From IMG/VR virus record IMGVR_UViG_3300010429_001449: a DNA stretch of 64,000 bases. One strand, 5' to 3'. The first letter of the stretch is position 1. Each line of letters begins with the position of its first letter. This document shows, piece after piece, positions 1 through 9,232 of this stretch. The notes beneath the pieces were generated by a model. It saw nothing but the letters and a program-made list of their open reading frames with translations, had not been told where the DNA came from and did no database searches. The DNA is from a virus (taxonomy: Duplodnaviria; Caudoviricetes). The position numbers and the translations under genes are program-made.

Positions 1-828
1 CCAGTCAGCAGCAGACCAGAAACTTGATTCGGCAGCGAGTTGTTCACAGCCCCGTCGTGGTAGTTCTGATCTATACCTTTGCAGTCCCGCGTCTGCGGTG
101 TCGCCCACCCCGCTAATGTCGCTACTTCCCGCAAATTTCCGCTCACCTTTCGTCCCGGGCGACTCGGGTGATTCAATCGCTTCTGGTAATCCATCGGGGG
201 CAGTACATCCATCGCTTGTGGCGTAGGCCACCCAGTACAGTCGTTGCCGGATTTGCGGTGCGCCGACGCCAGCAGCCGGTAGATCGTTCGCCCTGCAGGT
301 GTAGTGTGCGCCTTCCAAGTCAGCGAATACTCTATCGAGCCATCGAGCGTAATAGCTAAAGCCTTTGGAGTTAACGAGCTTTCGGGCGAGCTTGTTGGCT
401 CGCGCATAGTCGCCTTTCCGAACCGAGTCAACGAAATCAGCCTCTTGCTGAGTTCCGACAACATCTGAGGATGCAACTTGCTCTCCGAAGATGATTTGCG
501 GGCGGCACTCCTGGATGAGCCTGAACATTTCCGGCCAGAGATCACGCGAGTCTGCAACTCCTTTGCGTTTGCCTGCGACACTGAAAGGCTGGCAGGGGCA
601 ACTTCCGGTCCACACTGGGCGGTCTTCGGGCCATCCAGCGAGGCGGAGTGCGTAATCCCATCCGCCGATTCCGGCGAACAAGTGGACTCGGTTGTGCCCG
701 GCGAGGTCTTTTCCGGTGAGGTCTGTGATTGATCGTCCATCTATTGTCCCTTCCGTAATTTGCCCGGCCTTTTGGAGTTCGAGCAGCCAGGCGCAACAAT
801 CCTTATCGATGTCGTTGTAAAATGTCAT
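1..828 (-). CDS. C5-cytosine DNA methyltransferase (runs off left edge)
   Basis: Hand translation from ATG at 828: MTFYNDID...HLFAGIGGW...WTGSCPCQPFS...IFGEQV (motifs I, IV, VI); absent from the ORF track because it has no stop in the window. Confidence 0.85.
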   Translation of the reverse strand, partial: MTFYNDIDKDCCAWLLELQKAGQITEGTIDGRSITDLTGKDLAGHNRVHLFAGIGGWDYALRLAGWPEDRPVWTGSCPCQPFSVAGKRKGVADSRDLWPEMFRLIQECRPQIIFGEQVASSDVVGTQQEADFVDSVRKGDYARANKLARKLVNSKGFSYYARWLDRVFADLEGAHYTCRANDLPAAGVGAPQIRQRLYWVAYATSDGCTAPDGLPEAIESPESPGTKGERKFAGSSDISGVGDTADAGLQRYRSELPRRGCEQLAAESSFWSAADW

Positions 829-1316
829 GGCGTATCGTCCCGTCGGCAAGATTCACACGACTTATCCTCAGAGAGGAAGAATGACTTAACAATCCCTTGC
901 TCGCGCCCGAATATGACCAGAGCGAGCGGTTGAGGGAACCCATGAACACAACCCTTGAACTTTGGTCTGCCGCAAATGAGTCTAATCTCACCCTTCATAC
1001 ACCATTCATGCCACCAGCGCGTGTTTGTTCTGGCGGGAAGGAGGCAGACTGTAACCGCATTGCCTCTTTCATCGTAAGCCTTTTTGATGAACTTCTTCAT
1101 GCTGCTGTACGGCGGATTCATCCAGTTCACGCCGTCCCACGTCTTGTCCAGACAAGAGTTCTCCCTGCTCCAGTACTCGGCGCATTTGGTGTTGGCAGCA
1201 GAGGCGCAAACGTCTCGCGTGAAATGGAACTCCGCATCAACACAAGAGAATAGAGCGTCGGGGGTCTCCCACTCCTGATTAGCGCTCTTGAATCTATTCG
1301 AGTCAAAGTTACCCAT
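825..1316 (-). CDS. Phage Dam-type DNA N6-adenine methyltransferase
   Basis: EWETP...DVCA...WMNPPYS...LLPARTNTRWW motifs; start trimmed to MGNFDS. Confidence 0.85.
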   Translation of the reverse strand: MGNFDSNRFKSANQEWETPDALFSCVDAEFHFTRDVCASAANTKCAEYWSRENSCLDKTWDGVNWMNPPYSSMKKFIKKAYDERGNAVTVCLLPARTNTRWWHEWCMKGEIRLICGRPKFKGCVHGFPQPLALVIFGREQGIVKSFFLSEDKSCESCRRDDTP

Positions 1317-2274
1317 CTGCACGACCGTCCTTTTCGACAAGCAAGGCTGCGCTACAACGGAGTCTAGCCGTCTCGCAGTAATCAGGCGAGATTTCAACAG
1401 CCACGTAATTGCGACCCGTCTGCAAACACGCTACGGCGGTTGTCCCGCTTCCCGCGAAGCCGTCTAGGATCACGCCGCCGACAGGAGCGATGCACGTTAC
1501 CAGATGTTTCACGACTTCAAGCGGTTTTTGTGACGGATGCCACATATCCAGTCCGCGCTGATCGTCCACAATATACGTATCGTGTCGATACTCTAAGTCA
1601 TCCCGTCCAGCCGAAGCCTGCCGAGGCTCTCGATCCAGAAGAATGTCGTAATCGTTGCCGAGCTTCAACAGTTCTTTCAACGGGCGGTAGAATCTGGGCG
1701 TCGGCAGACACCACGCGGGATCACCTACACGGGTCCATTTCATTACGAGGCGGCTGTTACAACCGAGCGCCTTGGCGATCTCTCCGCGAGACAGACCAGA
1801 GCGTTCCACGGCATCGCGCAGGAATACCGCAAGATTGGTGTGAAACTCGGTAGGCTGCTGAGGCAGGTAACGTTGACCTACGACAATGGCCTGAGTGCGG
1901 GGCAGCCAGCCCATGTAAGGACGTGCCGCGCCTTTGGGGAGATACATCGCCAGCGTACGCCGGTACATCAACCCCGCCCCGCGCAGCGTGTCAATGCAGG
2001 CGTCGAGATTGCGCATCGTCCAGAAAATGACGATGTGCCCGTTACGTTTCAGTCTGCCGCTCGCCTTGGCTAGGAACGCTTCCAGCAGCGCGACGGCGGT
2101 AGGCGTAGTCTCGTCTCCGTCAAAGCCCATGCCCTCTCCGTAAGGAGGGTCGATGAGAATGCCGTCCAGACTGTCTGGCGGCAGTTCATCCATCACGGAC
2201 AGACAGTCTCCGCAGACAATCTTGTTGAGCAGCGCGGGCGGAATTACCGCCTTTTCAGCAGACTCAATTCCCAT
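1309..2274 (-). CDS. N4/N6 DNA methyltransferase with internal XRE-like HTH
   Basis: DPPY, HPSQKP, DGFAGSGTT; insert GLSRGEIAKALGCNSRLVMKW. Confidence 0.85.
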   Translation of the reverse strand: MGIESAEKAVIPPALLNKIVCGDCLSVMDELPPDSLDGILIDPPYGEGMGFDGDETTPTAVALLEAFLAKASGRLKRNGHIVIFWTMRNLDACIDTLRGAGLMYRRTLAMYLPKGAARPYMGWLPRTQAIVVGQRYLPQQPTEFHTNLAVFLRDAVERSGLSRGEIAKALGCNSRLVMKWTRVGDPAWCLPTPRFYRPLKELLKLGNDYDILLDREPRQASAGRDDLEYRHDTYIVDDQRGLDMWHPSQKPLEVVKHLVTCIAPVGGVILDGFAGSGTTAVACLQTGRNYVAVEISPDYCETARLRCSAALLVEKDGRADG

Positions 2275-3008
2275 TTGCCGTCCTTGTAGGCCGAACAAAC
2301 CTTGAGCAGATAGCCCAGTCTGTTGTACGCCGAGAGCATATGTCCCGGATACAAGAAGGCGCTGTGCGGCGTCTCTCCGTTTTGCGGAACAAACACGACA
2401 GACACGCCCATCCACTCGGTCTGTGACCGGTGCAGAATGTAGACCATGTCCGAACTCATGAAACTGTTGTCGTCAACGCCGTGAATGAACACGTCATTGG
2501 GGTGTTTGTCGGCCCACTTCGAGATGCGTTGCATCAGCGCGTATCCAGTCCACTTCCACTCGTGCCGTGTAAGCGGAAACTTTTTGCCGTCCATCTCGAA
2601 TTCGCCTTCTTTGATTTCATCGAAGAAGCGGCGATGGAATTCGTGCCAGACACGATGAACGTCCTCCGCCGGGGTCTCGCGCATGAGCGTGCGCCAATGA
2701 TCCTGCAACCAACGCCGTTCAATGTCGGAAAGGTCTTTCCACTTGCGCTCGCGTCCGAGTCCGCAAATCTTGCAGCGTTCCTGGACGCCCTTTCTGCAGT
2801 GCGAGAGTAGTTGCCACTTGTGCTTTTTACATGGTCGCTGCTTGGCGCACTTAGGGCAGAGGTATTGCGGGCCGCAGGCCGACCAGAACTTGTCCATCGG
2901 AGCCAACTTGTCCGGAGCGCAAAGCAACCGCCAGCCGTTCGCCTCCTTCGTGGCGTAATGCTGCTTGCTCCCGCCCACGACTTGAATCCTTATGGTTTTC
3001 TTGCCCAT
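2244..3008 (-). CDS. Hypothetical protein
   Basis: 254-aa ORF tiling with its neighbours. Confidence 0.6.
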   Translation of the reverse strand: MGKKTIRIQVVGGSKQHYATKEANGWRLLCAPDKLAPMDKFWSACGPQYLCPKCAKQRPCKKHKWQLLSHCRKGVQERCKICGLGRERKWKDLSDIERRWLQDHWRTLMRETPAEDVHRVWHEFHRRFFDEIKEGEFEMDGKKFPLTRHEWKWTGYALMQRISKWADKHPNDVFIHGVDDNSFMSSDMVYILHRSQTEWMGVSVVFVPQNGETPHSAFLYPGHMLSAYNRLGYLLKVCSAYKDGKWELSLLKRR

Positions 3009-3445
3009 CAGTAGCTCGTTTCCGTCTCTGAGACAACAGGGAGTTCGGCGTCGTCGAAAATTTCGTGATAGTAGGCTTCTAGCATAAGCCAGACGGCTTC
3101 TTCATTACCGGAAGCCACAGCCGCCTTGTAGAACTCGTCCGCGTTCAAGCCAGACCCGTCATAGTAACACGGGCCATCCAAAAGATGACATTTATCCGTC
3201 ATCGATGTTTGTCCGGCGTACCTTGGAACAGGGCTGTGATAGCCCAAATCAGCAGGCAACACAGTCTCTACGCCACTAAGCGTAAACCGCAGGATCACGA
3301 ACTGCACTGCGCCCTTCGGTCCCCGAACGTACATCGATAGCCGCTGAGATTTGCCGCCGTCAGCGGGGCGGTTCTCTACGCTACGGCGAAGTTCGCCGTG
3401 CGCGGGCAAATCTTGTTCGACATGGACGACAGGAAACTCAGGAAG
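3008..3445 (-). CDS. Hypothetical phage protein
   Basis: 3' part of ORF 3008-3580 (DLGYHS...CYYDGSGLNA); start uncertain. Confidence 0.55.
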   Translation of the reverse strand, partial: LPEFPVVHVEQDLPAHGELRRSVENRPADGGKSQRLSMYVRGPKGAVQFVILRFTLSGVETVLPADLGYHSPVPRYAGQTSMTDKCHLLDGPCYYDGSGLNADEFYKAAVASGNEEAVWLMLEAYYHEIFDDAELPVVSETETSY

Positions 3446-3932
3446 TGGTTGCAAGGTTTTCCATACGGACGTAGTTGGCGTCCGCATCCTCCAAACCGCA
3501 ATCGCCGCGCTCGCAGTGCTTGTCGCAGAATTGGATGTAGTACCCACCGTGTTCGTTAGCGTCGGCAGAGAAACCCTCACGAGAATACAACCGTTTCAAC
3601 CGGAAACGAACTGTCGCTGGCGCGGAGCAGCCCGGTTGATCGCACTTGCCCTTTTCCGCGTCTTTGACAGCGAGCGACAAGTCTTTCGGTTCGCCGTGCC
3701 CGCGCCCTTCGCGGGCATCGACATAACCAGCGTACAGAAGCTGCATCGCGGTTTCCATGTTGCTGAAACAGCACTCGCCGACTTTCACGCCCTTGAAGAA
3801 GAATGTGACGTGCGCCGAGACGCGCCACTCGTCGCCGGAAATCTCGGATTCTTTCCAGCGGTCAACAAGTTTGATCTCAATCCGGTCAACAAACTCGAAG
3901 TCGTGATGACGTTGATGATACGGATGTAACAT
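3438..3932 (-). CDS. Hypothetical protein, Cys-rich C-terminus
   Basis: 164-aa ORF in the operon. Confidence 0.6.
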   Translation of the reverse strand: MLHPYHQRHHDFEFVDRIEIKLVDRWKESEISGDEWRVSAHVTFFFKGVKVGECCFSNMETAMQLLYAGYVDAREGRGHGEPKDLSLAVKDAEKGKCDQPGCSAPATVRFRLKRLYSREGFSADANEHGGYYIQFCDKHCERGDCGLEDADANYVRMENLATTS

Positions 3933-3951
3933 TGGGGTGCCTCAAACAAAG

Positions 3952-4518
3952 TCAAAACTTGACTTGAACAGTCTTCTTCTCCGCGTCGGCTACTTCGTAG
4001 TACGTCGCTGGAGTCAATCCCGCGAAATTCGCGGCTATGCTTGTCGGAAAACGCCGGATGAACAGGCGTTGGGCGTTCACCGCATCGTTGTAACGCATCC
4101 TCTCGACCGCGATCCTGTTCTCCGTGCCCGCCAACTCGTCTTGCAGCTTCAAGAAGCCCTCATTCGCTTTCAATTCGGGGTATGTCTCCTTAAGCAGCAA
4201 GAGACGCGATAGCGGGCCTTCCAGGACGTTTGACGCCTGTATCTGCTCAGAGGGCGTCTTGGCCTGGAAGTAAGCCGTTCTGGCATCGGCGATGTGCCCG
4301 AAAAGCTCCGATTCATGCTTGGCGTAACCCTTCACCGTCTCCACGAGGTTCGGAATCAGGTCGTAACGCCGCTTGAGGACGTTATCCACCTGTGCCCACT
4401 GATTCTTGACGGCTTCGTCTCGTGTAAGAGCGGCATTGTAAAAGCCTACGGCGCAACCGCCGAGCATCAAAAGCACCACCAGAACGAAACCCAATACGAT
4501 CCCTGCTGTCTTCATCAA
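3952..4518 (-). CDS. lemA: LemA family protein
   Basis: N-terminal TM helix; WAQVDNVLKRRYDLIPNLVETVKGYA; YPELKAN; ENRIAVERMRYND. Confidence 0.95.
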   Translation of the reverse strand: MMKTAGIVLGFVLVVLLMLGGCAVGFYNAALTRDEAVKNQWAQVDNVLKRRYDLIPNLVETVKGYAKHESELFGHIADARTAYFQAKTPSEQIQASNVLEGPLSRLLLLKETYPELKANEGFLKLQDELAGTENRIAVERMRYNDAVNAQRLFIRRFPTSIAANFAGLTPATYYEVADAEKKTVQVKF

Positions 4519-4556
4519 AAGCTCCTTTCAAACTGAGAAGTGTTCTGCCTGCTCTT

Positions 4557-4584
4557 AGTATAACAGCGCGGAAAGATTTGTCAA
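4557..4584 (-). promoter_or_regulatory. Sigma70-type promoter TTGACA-N16-TATACT
   Basis: Member of a 16-copy motif family; upstream of lemA. Confidence 0.8.
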
Positions 4585-4589
4585 GACAT

Positions 4590-5141
4590 TTATTCTCGCC
4601 GAATCAGGCGGTTCCACCATGATATTGACGTTTGTTCCGGCGCGGCCTCCCAGCACGTACCTTGCTTATCACTAAAATGCCTGACAGCCATGCACAGCGG
4701 TTCTTCTGAGTGTGTCGCGGCTAGAGTATTCGCAGACGCAAGACGGGCTATTAGCGCATCCGGCTCGCGCATCTTTGTGCAGAACCAAGTACCGGGCAGT
4801 TCACAGGTCTTTCTTACCCATCGGCAATCTTCGCACAGATGAACAGCTACCGGGACAGAAGGGTCGCTGCCAAACGTGCTTTTTTGCTCACGAACAAGTC
4901 TAGCCACGCGGAGAGCCGCATAAGACGCGGGCGGCGGTTGTTCAAGCATCTTCAACCACTGCCTTGCTTCGGGAGTATCTAGTCGCGCAAGGATTTTCTT
5001 TGCGTCGGCAAGGAAAGTGACCGCCAGAGCAAGCTCTTGTTCTGTTAGTTGCAAAGCACCTTCTAGCGCCTGTGCGTCAGCGCCATCGAGGGGCTTGCGT
5101 CGTCTCGCGGCGTCCCTTGCTGTAAGTTGTTCTTCCTGCAT
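4590..5141 (-). CDS. Hypothetical protein
   Basis: 183-aa ORF with GGAG Shine-Dalgarno. Confidence 0.6.
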   Translation of the reverse strand: MQEEQLTARDAARRRKPLDGADAQALEGALQLTEQELALAVTFLADAKKILARLDTPEARQWLKMLEQPPPASYAALRVARLVREQKSTFGSDPSVPVAVHLCEDCRWVRKTCELPGTWFCTKMREPDALIARLASANTLAATHSEEPLCMAVRHFSDKQGTCWEAAPEQTSISWWNRLIRRE

Positions 5142-5151
5142 GGCAGTCTCC

Positions 5152-5700
5152 CTAATCGGCGGTTACGCTTTCTCCCTCGCGCCATTGCGCCTCGTGGTCT
5201 CCGAGGCGTCTGTCCATTGCCGTTGGTGTCTCGATGTTCAGGTGCGCATCGAAGACGATATCACAGTAGAACTTGAACCAGAACGCCCGCACCTGCGGAT
5301 CAGGATGTTTGTATCCCAGAATCTCAGCCGCGTGCATCAGGTGCAGGTGGAAGTGATGCGGTACTTCGTCCACGCACTTCAGGTAGGCCGCCGTGAGGTC
5401 GCGCATGTGATGGCATATATCCACGATACAATGCGTGTCTATGTCGCAAGCACGACCGTTATCGCCTTCCTCGCAGCCGGGACAGGACGGCCCTGTGAAG
5501 CTGCCCCCTTTTGGATAACCGGGGTTCTTAATAGCCGCCTTGTCGAAGGCGCTCAACAGGAAGCAGCGTCGCAGCCACCGCAGGAGTTTCTTTGAAACAT
5601 GATTCTTCGGAAGGCCGTCCGGCCCACGGCACGCCGTGATGAGGACGGACTGCTGCATGTACGTCAACTCCTGAACCCAATCCTGTAAAACCGATGGCAT
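5152..5700 (-). CDS. Hypothetical phage protein (His-rich)
   Basis: SVLQDWV...CRGPDG...PHHFHLHLMHAAEILGY. Confidence 0.65.
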   Translation of the reverse strand: MPSVLQDWVQELTYMQQSVLITACRGPDGLPKNHVSKKLLRWLRRCFLLSAFDKAAIKNPGYPKGGSFTGPSCPGCEEGDNGRACDIDTHCIVDICHHMRDLTAAYLKCVDEVPHHFHLHLMHAAEILGYKHPDPQVRAFWFKFYCDIVFDAHLNIETPTAMDRRLGDHEAQWREGESVTAD

Positions 5701-5715
5701 CTGTCCTGTTCCTGT

Positions 5716-6804
5716 CTACCACTTTCCAGAAGCCCCACCGCCGCCAAAGCCGCCGCCACGACCGCCGCCAAAGCCGCCGAAACCACCACTGCCCGACGAA
5801 CGCCTGCGGCGATCATCATCTTCCCGCCGTCTGCGGCGAGCACGTTCTTCTTCCTCCTCCTCACGGCGTCTACGTCTGGCACGTTCTTCCTCATCTTGCC
5901 GCTTACGAAGTTCTTCTGCGCGACGCGCAGCACTTGCTGCTTCATCGTCGTCTTTTTTAGGCTGCTCTTTCTGATTAGACTGCCCTATCAGAACATCAGA
6001 GTCACGACGCGCATGACGGGGTATAAAAAGCGCAGATGCGGCTGCGGCGGCTGGAGTGTATTTCCACGCAGCTTCGTCTATCTTCAACTCAGCGAGTCGT
6101 TTCTTTTCCTCGGCAAGACGTTCTTGTTCTCTCTTCTCCTCAGCAAGGCGTTCTCGCTTCCTCTTTCTTTTATCAAAATAGCTAAAGATACCGCTGCCGA
6201 TAAGGAACAAGACAAAAAGACCAGCAAAAATACCCAATGTAATAAGAATAACTTTCGCCTCCAATTCCTCTTGCTTTTTCCGTTCGGCCTTTATCTGCTC
6301 TAACCCGCCCAACGCAATCTTGTTGGCGTCCGCAATCCGCGAGGCGATATCGAGCGCGGCGTTGCGAATGCCGCCGCCGTAATCACCCGCCTTGAAGCGC
6401 GGAACCATCTTATCACGGCCTATCTGACCTACCAAACCATCAGGAAGTACGGATTCAAGACCATAACCAACTTCGATTCGATATTCTCTGTCATTGACAG
6501 CCACAAGAAGCAGAACACCGTTATCCTTGCCTTTCTGACCGAGCTTCCAGCCCTGCGCTACAGCGACGGAGTACGCTTCGATGTTCTGGCCGTTCAACGT
6601 ATCAACAGTCAGGACGATGAATTGCGCGGTCGTCTTCTGTTCGAGTTCTCTCAAGACGCCATTGATGTCGGCCTCGTCCTTTTCGTTGATGACGTTGGCC
6701 TTGTCCTCTACGTAGTTCTGCGGCTGCGGCAGTGCCTGCGCCAAGCAGAGAGAGGAACACACAAGGAATGCTGCTACCCACAAAACAAACTTCTTCATCG
6801 GCAA
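5716..6804 (-). CDS. TPM-domain (YgcG-like) membrane protein
   Basis: Signal peptide; WKLGQKGKDNGVLLLVA; RIEVGYGLE; Gly-rich GGGASGKW tail. Confidence 0.9.
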   Translation of the reverse strand: MPMKKFVLWVAAFLVCSSLCLAQALPQPQNYVEDKANVINEKDEADINGVLRELEQKTTAQFIVLTVDTLNGQNIEAYSVAVAQGWKLGQKGKDNGVLLLVAVNDREYRIEVGYGLESVLPDGLVGQIGRDKMVPRFKAGDYGGGIRNAALDIASRIADANKIALGGLEQIKAERKKQEELEAKVILITLGIFAGLFVLFLIGSGIFSYFDKRKRKRERLAEEKREQERLAEEKKRLAELKIDEAAWKYTPAAAAASALFIPRHARRDSDVLIGQSNQKEQPKKDDDEAASAARRAEELRKRQDEEERARRRRREEEEEERARRRRREDDDRRRRSSGSGGFGGFGGGRGGGFGGGGASGKW

Positions 6805-7074
6805 AGTCCTTTCGCTTTTTGCAAACGTGCCTTCTGCGATGATAGCACGGTCTTACTTGCCGCCTTAGTCTGCGGCGCAACTAGCTGAATCAATTTCCCG
6901 CCGCACTCAGCCTTATGCTTTTGCAGCCACTGACCAGAGATCGGTACTGTTCCCCAACTAAGACCTTCGCGCATCTCAAAAGATGGACATAAACATTTCC
7001 AACCTTTTTCGCAACACCAAACACCATCACCGTAACAGCGAGTATTCTTGGCGGCCCTTCTAACAGAAACGGAA

Positions 7075-7656
7075 TTAGACATTTGTTGTCCTTCTTAGTT
7101 GTTTTATCACACGCGCCAGCCATATCTTCAGCCAAGAGTGTGTCTCGACTGAGAGAGCGCGTTCAAGCGGTGGCAATGATCTTGGATCGTCCAAGTAACT
7201 TAAACCCGACGCCGCAGAGTCACGTACACCAGTATCTGGATGCGAAAGAAGTCCTTCTAGGAACGCACGACGTTCCTCACGCAAGGGGATGTTCTTATCG
7301 TCAAAACCGAGCGACTTGACACATTCACATGTCCAATCATGACCTTCATAACAGCCTCTGCACACGCTACTAACAATACGATACGTCGGGTCCAATCCAG
7401 CCACGCGCTCGTTGAGGGCGCGGAAGCTAAGAGGCTCCTGCATTGATTCTTCTGCCGCCTCCATTGCTGCCTCTGCCGGACGATGCAAGCCGGTAATCAC
7501 CTTGCCTTCCTCGTACTCCACTTTGCCGGGGAACCATTTTGCTTCCCAAGCTCTGGCAGCGGCAACGCAAGTTACTTCGTACACAACGACGTAGCTTCCG
7601 TCATCGCGCCGCCACTTCCAACCATCTCCTGTCAGTTCCCACTTTTCCAGCATCAA
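7075..7656 (-). CDS. Hypothetical protein with C-terminal HEAT-like repeat
   Basis: LSHPDTGVRDSAASGL...SLPPLERAL. Confidence 0.55.
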   Translation of the reverse strand: MMLEKWELTGDGWKWRRDDGSYVVVYEVTCVAAARAWEAKWFPGKVEYEEGKVITGLHRPAEAAMEAAEESMQEPLSFRALNERVAGLDPTYRIVSSVCRGCYEGHDWTCECVKSLGFDDKNIPLREERRAFLEGLLSHPDTGVRDSAASGLSYLDDPRSLPPLERALSVETHSWLKIWLARVIKQLRRTTNV

Positions 7657-7750
7657 AATTCTACCCCAAAGACCTCGTCACCAATCGCCATAGCGGACCA
7701 CCCAAGAGGTTCCTTGGTTTGCTTGTTTCTACTGCCGTAGAATTCCATGA

Positions 7751-8113
7751 TCATCTCCCTGAACGCACGGCAAAGACTCGAGTGTAGACCGAGTGTGTGC
7801 GAGGGATGTAGTCCTCGTTGCCATAGTAGAAATCGAAGGCCCAGGCCGACGAGTCGTCCCGATGCTCAGCCCACACCCACCAACCAGTTGTCTTGAACGA
7901 CGGGTTAATATGCCGGGTAACAATTCCGGGTTGGTACAAGGTCTTTAACTCCTCACGAGTAGGCATTCGCCAGTTACCGCCCCAAGGGGCGCGAGATTCA
8001 ACCCAGGCAACGGCCTCGTTATAAGTCGTGGTCCTGTTAGGACCTACGAGCCATTCGAGACCCGTCGTCGTATCAAGGATCACTCCGCCTTCTTGCTCTT
8101 GAAATCTACACAC
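7751..8113 (-). CDS. DUF1566 (Lcl C-terminal-like) domain protein
   Basis: DTTTGLEW...WRMPTREELKTL...RVFAVR; GTG start after AAGGGAGG. Confidence 0.8.
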   Translation of the reverse strand: MCRFQEQEGGVILDTTTGLEWLVGPNRTTTYNEAVAWVESRAPWGGNWRMPTREELKTLYQPGIVTRHINPSFKTTGWWVWAEHRDDSSAWAFDFYYGNEDYIPRTHSVYTRVFAVRSGR

Positions 8114-9071
8114 CGTCGCCTCCCTTACGGCGCACGGCGAACACTCGTAGGCAGTCCGAAATCGTGCGACTGCTGTAGTTCTCGCTGCCAAAGAGGAAGT
8201 GGAAAAGCCAGGCCGACGAGGCATCCTTCGGTTCCGTCCAGACCAACCAGCCCGTCGTCTTGAACACCGTGTCCGTGTTCCGGTCTCCCTTGCCCTTCTG
8301 GTACAACTCCTTCAACTGTTCTCGCGTCGGCATCTGCCATCCGCCGCCAGCAACAGTCAGATTCTTTACCCACGATTCGGCGGTAGCGTAGTCCGTTTCT
8401 TCATCCGGACCAACCAACCATTCGAGACCTGTCTGTGTATCAAGGATTACTCCGCATCCTTGCTCTTGAAATCTACCCTTACGGCGCACCGCGAAAACTC
8501 GATCATTTAACCCGTTATCGTGGTAGAGGTCGTACTCCTTGTCACGGTAAAAATCATAGACCCATGCTTTATCCGCACCGTCCGGCTCTGCCCATACGCT
8601 ACGCCCTTGTATGCCAAACAACGGATCAATATTCCACGCAGTTCCTTCCATGTGCAACTTCCTAAGCTGCATCCGCGTCGGCATACACCAGCCGCCACCA
8701 GCAGAAGTCAGACTCTTCACCCACGACACAGCCTTGGGGTAGTCCGTGTCTTCATCAGGCCCAACCAACCATTCAAGACCGGTTTTCTTGTCGGTGATAA
8801 TTCCATCAGCATTCTGTGAAAATCGAGGTTCTGGTTCGGAAGCCGAGACTGCTTTCGCCCGCTCGGCCTTTCTCTTTTTCATCGCCGCCCGAAGAACAGT
8901 CTCGGCCTCTATGCCTCCAATGGACATCTGCCAGAGATGCGAAATCTCCCTCGGATTCCAGCCGTCGGCGACAAGACGATCCCACACGGGCTTGATTGCA
9001 GCATTGAATTCGTCCAAGGCCGCGAGACCTTCATCGCCGTAGGCGTTGTAGTCGTTGTAAAAGGATTTCAT
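8106..9071 (-). CDS. Protein with two tandem DUF1566 domains
   Basis: Two copies of D..TGLEWLVGPD...GGGW.MPT...RVFAVR. Confidence 0.85.
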   Translation of the reverse strand: MKSFYNDYNAYGDEGLAALDEFNAAIKPVWDRLVADGWNPREISHLWQMSIGGIEAETVLRAAMKKRKAERAKAVSASEPEPRFSQNADGIITDKKTGLEWLVGPDEDTDYPKAVSWVKSLTSAGGGWCMPTRMQLRKLHMEGTAWNIDPLFGIQGRSVWAEPDGADKAWVYDFYRDKEYDLYHDNGLNDRVFAVRRKGRFQEQGCGVILDTQTGLEWLVGPDEETDYATAESWVKNLTVAGGGWQMPTREQLKELYQKGKGDRNTDTVFKTTGWLVWTEPKDASSAWLFHFLFGSENYSSRTISDCLRVFAVRRKGGDGV

Positions 9072-9089
9072 TTGCTTACCTCTACCCCT

Positions 9090-9117
9090 AGTATAACGGA
9101 GTCGGCGCGATTGTCAA
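9090..9117 (-). promoter_or_regulatory. Promoter TTGACA-N16-TATACT
   Basis: Motif family copy. Confidence 0.8.
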
Positions 9118-9155
9118 GGCGTTTTTTCGGAGATTCGTTTATTTTTCTGCGGGGG

Positions 9156-9231
9156 TGGAGCTGCAGGAGGGATTTGAACCCTCGGCCTCGTCCTTACCAA
9201 GGACGCGCTCTGCCGACTGAGCTACTGCAGC
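9156..9231 (-). tRNA. tRNA-Thr(GGT)
   Basis: Cloverleaf, anticodon arm CGTCC-TTGGTAA-GGACG, CCA end. Confidence 0.95.
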
Positions 9232-9232
9232 G

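Noticed and set aside
5716-5960. Nucleotide repeats at the end of the TPM gene
   Set aside because: Explained by Gly-rich and Arg/Glu-rich low-complexity coding sequence.
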